Below, piece by piece: positions 63,318 to 64,000 of a DNA stretch of 64,000 nt. The notes under the pieces were generated by a model that saw only the letters and a list, made by a program, of their open reading frames with translations, did not search any database and had not been told where the DNA came from. The translations under genes and the position numbers were made by a program. Each line of letters starts with the position of its first letter. Within the stretch, counting starts at the first letter, position 1. Source of the stretch: Antedon mediterranea (Eukaryota > Animalia > Echinodermata); the NCBI RefSeq assembly GCF_964355755.1, contig NC_092678.1, forward strand, positions 22,771,365 through 22,835,364. The letters run 5' to 3'.

Positions 63318-64000
63318 TAGATTTGAACTCGTCACTACGGACGAGTTAGGTTATCCGCAGTGCAAAAGCCACGTGCACGTCATACGTTAGAATAGTGCGC
63401 GCAAAAAAATAAAACGATTATGGCATTGAAAAATGTTAGTGCGCTCTCTATGTTGCGTCGCGTCTAAGTATATACGGTATAACACTATATACTGTATACG
63501 TACTACATACAGTGCAGAATAGGTGAAAATAAGTGACCAAAGTTATTGACGCATTTGAACATGATGACGTCATCACAATTTTTAAAATGGTGGATCATGC
63601 GAAAGGTAATTGATTGATCTAGACAATATAAAAAAATTGAGTGAAATGGAATAAGGATAAGTAGAGATGCGCTCTATTAAATTGACGAGCTATGACGAAA
63701 GAGAAAAAAATCCTATATTTTATATTCGGGTGGCCATACGATGACGTCACAATGTCTGGTTAGCCATATCAATGCATGATTCGAGAAAAACAACTCATCT
63801 ACTTCCAGAATCTGAAATTTTAAATATTTTCACCTCGGAGTTTAGAATCTATGACTGTTTTAAAAAAGGCATAATTTTGACGAATTTTTGAACTTTTTCT
63901 TCAAAAACGCGCGCAAACTGTTCAATTCTACGTGCTCGTATGACGTGATTTTAAGTCGAAATTGATTGAAAATTGGTAAATGTACTAGAAAAGGCTGAAA
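63318..64000 (+). mobile_element. Start of a probable interspersed non-autonomous DNA element
   Basis: Abrupt end of intron paralogy at about 63285, a terminal hairpin aactcgtc-actacg-gacgagtt and a CpG-richer body. Family not identified. Confidence 0.4.

Overview
AT-rich, intron-containing animal genomic DNA. It is not prokaryotic; the repeat and gene content suggests a marine invertebrate, possibly an echinoderm, but that is inference. The window holds a tandem cluster of six paralogous minus-strand NLR-like loci (A-F), interspersed with LINEs, a 5S-derived SINE, Helentron/DINE-like elements, MULE- and Harbinger-like MITEs and minisatellites. Reading the splice sites by hand joins the apparently separate ~190-aa death-fold ORFs and the large NACHT-LRR ORFs into single genes through chains of small phase-1 exons. 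One exon in each chain encodes a hydrophobic membrane-spanning segment. The reconstructed architecture is tandem death-fold (DED-like) - variable low-complexity linker - TM - NACHT - LRR - (C-terminal 2-TM hairpin). A single TM would place the effector domain and the NACHT-LRR on opposite sides of a membrane, which is the main finding. Loci A, B and D look intact. C and F carry stops or frameshifts. E is a chimera reading DED-TM-DED with no NACHT. All exon models were derived by eye and need transcript confirmation.
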